From NCBI GenBank assembly GCA_963705505.1, contig CAVPJU010000003.1, positions 64,001 to 128,000 of the forward strand: a stretch of 64,000 nt of DNA, read 5' to 3'. The translations under genes were made by a program, and so were the position numbers. The notes beneath the pieces are model-generated. The model searched no databases. It was given only the letters and a program-made list of their open reading frames with translations, and was not told the origin of the DNA. The stretch's first letter is position 1, and the number at the start of each line of letters is the position of its first letter. The DNA comes from an uncultured bacterium (GTDB taxonomy: Bacteria; Desulfobacterota_D; UBA1144; Nemesobacterales; UBA2774). Shown one piece after another: positions 60,381 to 64,000 of the stretch.

Positions 60381-62510
60381 CTAACCGGACCAGCCGTTAC
60401 GTGAAATAAGATGAAGCAAAGACCTGTTTATCCTTGCTCCGACCCGGTCCAGCATCGATGGGTTATCGATGATCTCGACTTTGTAAAACGACGGGCACAG
60501 CACCGCAGCATGCGCTATCTCGCCGCAGAGTCCGCATCCCACACATGAATGCTCTATGTGCGCCACGGGGTCGTCGCGGAGTATCGTGGGGCTGTCCTTA
60601 AGCGTCAGCGACGGGCATCCGTTAAACCTCATGCATGAGTGGTCGCCTGTGCATACCTCGGGGTCGACCCCGAGTTTTGTCTGCACCATGCGCTTTCCGT
60701 CTTTAATATTCTTTTTTAGAACGATCTTTTCTTTTCTGGTCTTTTCAAGCTGGCACTCTCCCCTCGAAATAATCACTCTCAGCCCCTCGTCCTCTTCATA
60801 GGCTTCACTCAGCACTTCAAGGGATTCCTTCAGATCATAAGGGTTCACCGTTTTGATCCACCTGACCCCTGCACCCCTGAGCGCCTTCTCTATGTCCATA
60901 CCGACGCCTTCCTGCCTCATATTCTTGCCGGAGGCGGGGTTCTCGTGGTGCCCCGTCATGGAGGTCCAGAAGTTCTCGAGGATTATCAGGACGGCGTTCT
61001 GGTTGTTATACACAGCGTTCGCGATACTGGTCGTGAGACCGCTGTGCCAGAAAGTCCCGTCACCCATGAAAGATATGACCCTCTTGTTCGCCATCCTCGA
61101 CAGCGCGCCCGCGGAAGCAAGCCCTATGCCCATGCCCGTGATCGAGTTGCTGAGGTCAAACGGAGGGAGCCCGCTCATCGAATAACATCCTATATCGGAG
61201 GCGTAATATGACCTCCCGTAATCCTCCTCGAGTATCTTGATCGCTGTGAAGATCGGCCTCTCGGGACACCCGGTACAGAAGACCGGGTTCCTCTTGGTAA
61301 CGGGCTGCTTTAAAAAGTTCTGAGCCCTTTCCTTGTGCTTCTCGGTGAATTCGCTCCTTTCCTTTATCCTCTCCTTCTCGTAACTTGAGAACGTATTCTT
61401 AAGGAGGAACTGCCCTACGCCCTTTGCGATGTGGTCAGGGGTATATTCCCCCGCCTGGGGGAGTATGTCCTTTCCGAATATATCGAGACCGAGCTTGGCC
61501 CGCTGAGCGATAGCCCGTATATGTTCTTCTATGAGATTAGGCATTCCCTCTTCGACTATAAGCACGGCTTTCTTATCGCGGAGGAAGAGTATTATCTCCT
61601 CGGGCACGAGCGGGTTCGTAACGTTCAAGTTCAGTATCGGCACCCTGCACTCCCCGTAGAGGCTCGCCTCGCCCAAGTTGTAGAGGCATCTCATGAGCGA
61701 GTTATATATCATCCCGTGCGTGATTATCCCCATGCTGCTCTCGGTGCCTTCGAAGAACTCGTTCAGCTTCCTCTCGAGTATGAACCTCCTCGCAGCGGGT
61801 ATCCTCTCGTGATATTTCTTCTTCTCGTGGTCGAAAGTGAAAGGAGGCAGGGGAATCTTGTCGAGATCGGTAATGAGGTCGTCAAGACGGTTATTCATGC
61901 TAATCCTGGGGTCCTTGTTGTCCCGGCAGGTCATCTTGTTCATGATGTGGGCGACACGCGTGGACAATAAGAACATAACGGGCATGTTCGAATGCTCCGA
62001 AAGCTCGAACCCGGCCTCGATCATATTAGCGACGTGCTCGAGGTCACCCCTCGGATCTATCACTGCCATCGTTGACTTAAGCGCGAAAGGGAGAGCCCTT
62101 TCGGCGACGCACGTGCTGTCGCAGCCGTAATCCTCCCCTACTATTATCAGCGCCCCCCCGGTCACGCCCGAGGACGATATATGGGAAAGCGCGTCAGAAG
62201 CGACGTTCGTACCGACGATCTTCCAGTTTACAGAACCGCGTATCGGATAGCTTATGGACGCGGAAAGGAGGGAAGCGGCCGAGGCTTCGTTGCCGGAACA
62301 GTCGAAGTATATTCCCTTTTTTTTGAGAACCGGTTCGTATGCGTCGGAGATGACATCGATGAGTCTGGCCGTAGGCGAGCCGGGATAGCCTCCCAGATAA
62401 CTCACGCCCGACTGGAGAAAAGCCTTTAGTATTGCAAGCGGCGTATCCCCGAAAAGCGTCTTCCCTTCCCCGTAATTCAATTGCTCGAGCAGTTCTTTCG
62501 AGTAACCCAT
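60381..62510 (-). CDS. iorA: Indolepyruvate ferredoxin oxidoreductase alpha subunit
   Basis: GYPGSP, NEASA, FCTGCPER, DIGC, GDGTFWHSG and C-terminal Fe-S Cys motifs. Confidence 0.92.
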   Translation of the reverse strand: MGYSKELLEQLNYGEGKTLFGDTPLAILKAFLQSGVSYLGGYPGSPTARLIDVISDAYEPVLKKKGIYFDCSGNEASAASLLSASISYPIRGSVNWKIVGTNVASDALSHISSSGVTGGALIIVGEDYGCDSTCVAERALPFALKSTMAVIDPRGDLEHVANMIEAGFELSEHSNMPVMFLLSTRVAHIMNKMTCRDNKDPRISMNNRLDDLITDLDKIPLPPFTFDHEKKKYHERIPAARRFILERKLNEFFEGTESSMGIITHGMIYNSLMRCLYNLGEASLYGECRVPILNLNVTNPLVPEEIILFLRDKKAVLIVEEGMPNLIEEHIRAIAQRAKLGLDIFGKDILPQAGEYTPDHIAKGVGQFLLKNTFSSYEKERIKERSEFTEKHKERAQNFLKQPVTKRNPVFCTGCPERPIFTAIKILEEDYGRSYYASDIGCYSMSGLPPFDLSNSITGMGIGLASAGALSRMANKRVISFMGDGTFWHSGLTTSIANAVYNNQNAVLIILENFWTSMTGHHENPASGKNMRQEGVGMDIEKALRGAGVRWIKTVNPYDLKESLEVLSEAYEEDEGLRVIISRGECQLEKTRKEKIVLKKNIKDGKRMVQTKLGVDPEVCTGDHSCMRFNGCPSLTLKDSPTILRDDPVAHIEHSCVGCGLCGEIAHAAVLCPSFYKVEIIDNPSMLDRVGARINRSLLHLISRNGWSG

Positions 62511-62608
62511 AACAACTCCCGCTCCGAAGCCATTTTAACAACCCGGACGTTATACTTTACCAGAAACGAGGCGGATATACCAGCGAAAAAGACCCGTTCA
62601 GGCACCGT

Positions 62609-63088
62609 TTACTTGCCAAGTTCCGGTATCTCCAAACTCTCTCTAATCTCAAGGAAATAATCCCTGAGAGCCTCCTCCTGCTCCCATGTGACGAGATGAA
62701 AGGGCCTCTTCATCTTCACCACTTCAAGCGCGGTACCGGGGTCGATATTCATATGGTGCATCAGAAAGCAGGCGATCATGAGGTTCGTCCTTCCCATGCC
62801 GGCATAGCAATGAACCGCGACCCGCTTATTGTCGGCGATCTGAATCTTCACGAATTCGACGAATTCCGAAAAGTCTTCGAACTGAGGAGCCTTGAAATCC
62901 TTTATAGGTATATGCTTTACAATAAAGCCGCTGTAATCCCTGAAATACTCCTTCTCTTCCAGGCTGACGATTACCTCTATCCCCTCCCCTCTCAGGAACT
63001 CCAGGTCGTCTTCGTGGGCATAAAACAGTCCCGGCCTTTCCATACCCGCAAGCATCCCCTCTATGACCCACGAGAACCTTTCCGGCAC
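62609..63088 (-). CDS. Dual-specificity protein phosphatase family protein
   Basis: CX5R motif HCYAGMGRT; IKDF.AP acid loop. Confidence 0.9.
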   Translation of the reverse strand: MPERFSWVIEGMLAGMERPGLFYAHEDDLEFLRGEGIEVIVSLEEKEYFRDYSGFIVKHIPIKDFKAPQFEDFSEFVEFVKIQIADNKRVAVHCYAGMGRTNLMIACFLMHHMNIDPGTALEVVKMKRPFHLVTWEQEEALRDYFLEIRESLEIPELGK

Positions 63089-63090
63089 GG

Positions 63091-63792
63091 TCAGACCCTC
63101 CCCTTTTTAAGCTCGGCGACATATATGTCGGCCCGTCTCGTGGGCTCCGGTATCCTGTATCCCCTCGCGCATTCAAGCGCAATTTCCCTTGCCGAGTCCG
63201 AGTCTATCTTATGGCCCAGGGAAACGAAAACAGGATTTTTCCCGTCCCTCGTCCGGAGAACCGAGCCTATTACATCCTCTTCCTTGGATAGCAGAGGCGT
63301 CCACGAGCCCCTTTTCTCCCCCGGCTCGTCATATTTACCGTAAAGCCTCTTTTTGGCGATTCCCATCGAGGGAACGTCAAGCAATACGCCGACGTGGCAT
63401 GCGATGCCGAACCCCCGCGGGTGTGCTATACCCTGCCCGTCTATTATGAGGAGGTCGGGCTTTTGTCTCAGTTTTTTAAAAGTCTCTATTATCGCGGGCC
63501 CTTCTCTGAATGCGAGTAAGCCCGGTATGTAAGGGAATTTCTCATCACTCACGGAATAAACACGCTCGATTTCGGCGAGGCCGGGGTATGAAAACATGAT
63601 TATTCCGCAAATGAGCTTATTCTCGTTCTTGAGCACGGAGATGTCGGCCCCCGCAACCGTCTTCAGCTCCCCGAACTCCCTCTTGCTAATGACCCTTTTA
63701 CTTAGTTCCTTCTGTATATCGAAGGCGCGGGCGACTGACGGCTTATCCCCCCCGATGAGCCCTTCGAGAAAGGCTATCTCAGTGGTATCCAT
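63091..63792 (-). CDS. nfi: Endonuclease V
   Basis: AGADIS, FPYIPGLLAFRE, DGQGIAHPR and RIPEPTR motifs. Confidence 0.95.
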   Translation of the reverse strand: MDTTEIAFLEGLIGGDKPSVARAFDIQKELSKRVISKREFGELKTVAGADISVLKNENKLICGIIMFSYPGLAEIERVYSVSDEKFPYIPGLLAFREGPAIIETFKKLRQKPDLLIIDGQGIAHPRGFGIACHVGVLLDVPSMGIAKKRLYGKYDEPGEKRGSWTPLLSKEEDVIGSVLRTRDGKNPVFVSLGHKIDSDSAREIALECARGYRIPEPTRRADIYVAELKKGRV

Positions 63793-64000
63793 ATACATCC
63801 CTTATGACCCTCTTGAACCTCGGGGCATAAATCAGCTCGAAAGCGAGCTCTTTTCCCGGAAAGAGCCTGAGCGCAAAATTCCTGACCTTCTCAAAATGCT
63901 CGAGGGCTTCCTCCCTCGTCAGGTCGGTCTGATACATGAGGGATATGGTCAAATCGACCATGAACCTGAGCAGCCTGAGCTTCCTGTTCTCCTCGGCTAT
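63779..64000 (-). CDS. Conserved hypothetical protein, 5' partial
   Basis: ...EENRKLRLLRFMVDL...LFPGKELAFELIYAPRFKR; overlaps the nfi start. Confidence 0.7.
   Translation of the reverse strand: MAEENRKLRLLRFMVDLTISLMYQTDLTREEALEHFEKVRNFALRLFPGKELAFELIYAPRFKRVIRDVYGYH

Overview
A 64 kb bacterial chromosomal segment of moderately high GC. Gene content and 'G(S/A)(I/L)GGC'-type lipoprotein signals tentatively suggest a Desulfobacterota/'Dadabacteria'-like organism (inference only). Most genes are housekeeping or respiratory: fumC, hisS, gatB, carA, nfi, iorAB, tatA/B, a TamA/BamA-family porin, DegP/DegQ, NDH-2, and one operon joining a caa3-type oxidase (coxBAC-ctaG) to a Rieske/cytochrome b(c) complex. 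The most notable unexplained element is a GEMM-I (c-di-GMP-I) riboswitch with its own sigma70 promoter, upstream of a 1421-aa TPR protein whose N-terminus looks like a TIR/NDT-fold domain. Other points of interest: (1) the first 2 kb is a mosaic of an AT-rich Schlafen/AlbA_2 gene and a SLOG gene split by a 329-bp nuclease-like fragment; (2) a heme-c lipoprotein is paired with a 12-repeat beta-propeller lipoprotein; (3) an ECF sigma/anti-sigma, DUF547, flavo-polyferredoxin and GT2 cluster; (4) OGG and M3-like peptidase homologues with altered catalytic residues; (5) several families of REP-like palindromes. At least six genes, including the essential hisS, carry single-base frameshifts, most likely long-read sequencing errors. 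No tRNA, rRNA, CRISPR array or transposase was recognised. All family calls come from reading motifs by eye, with no database search.
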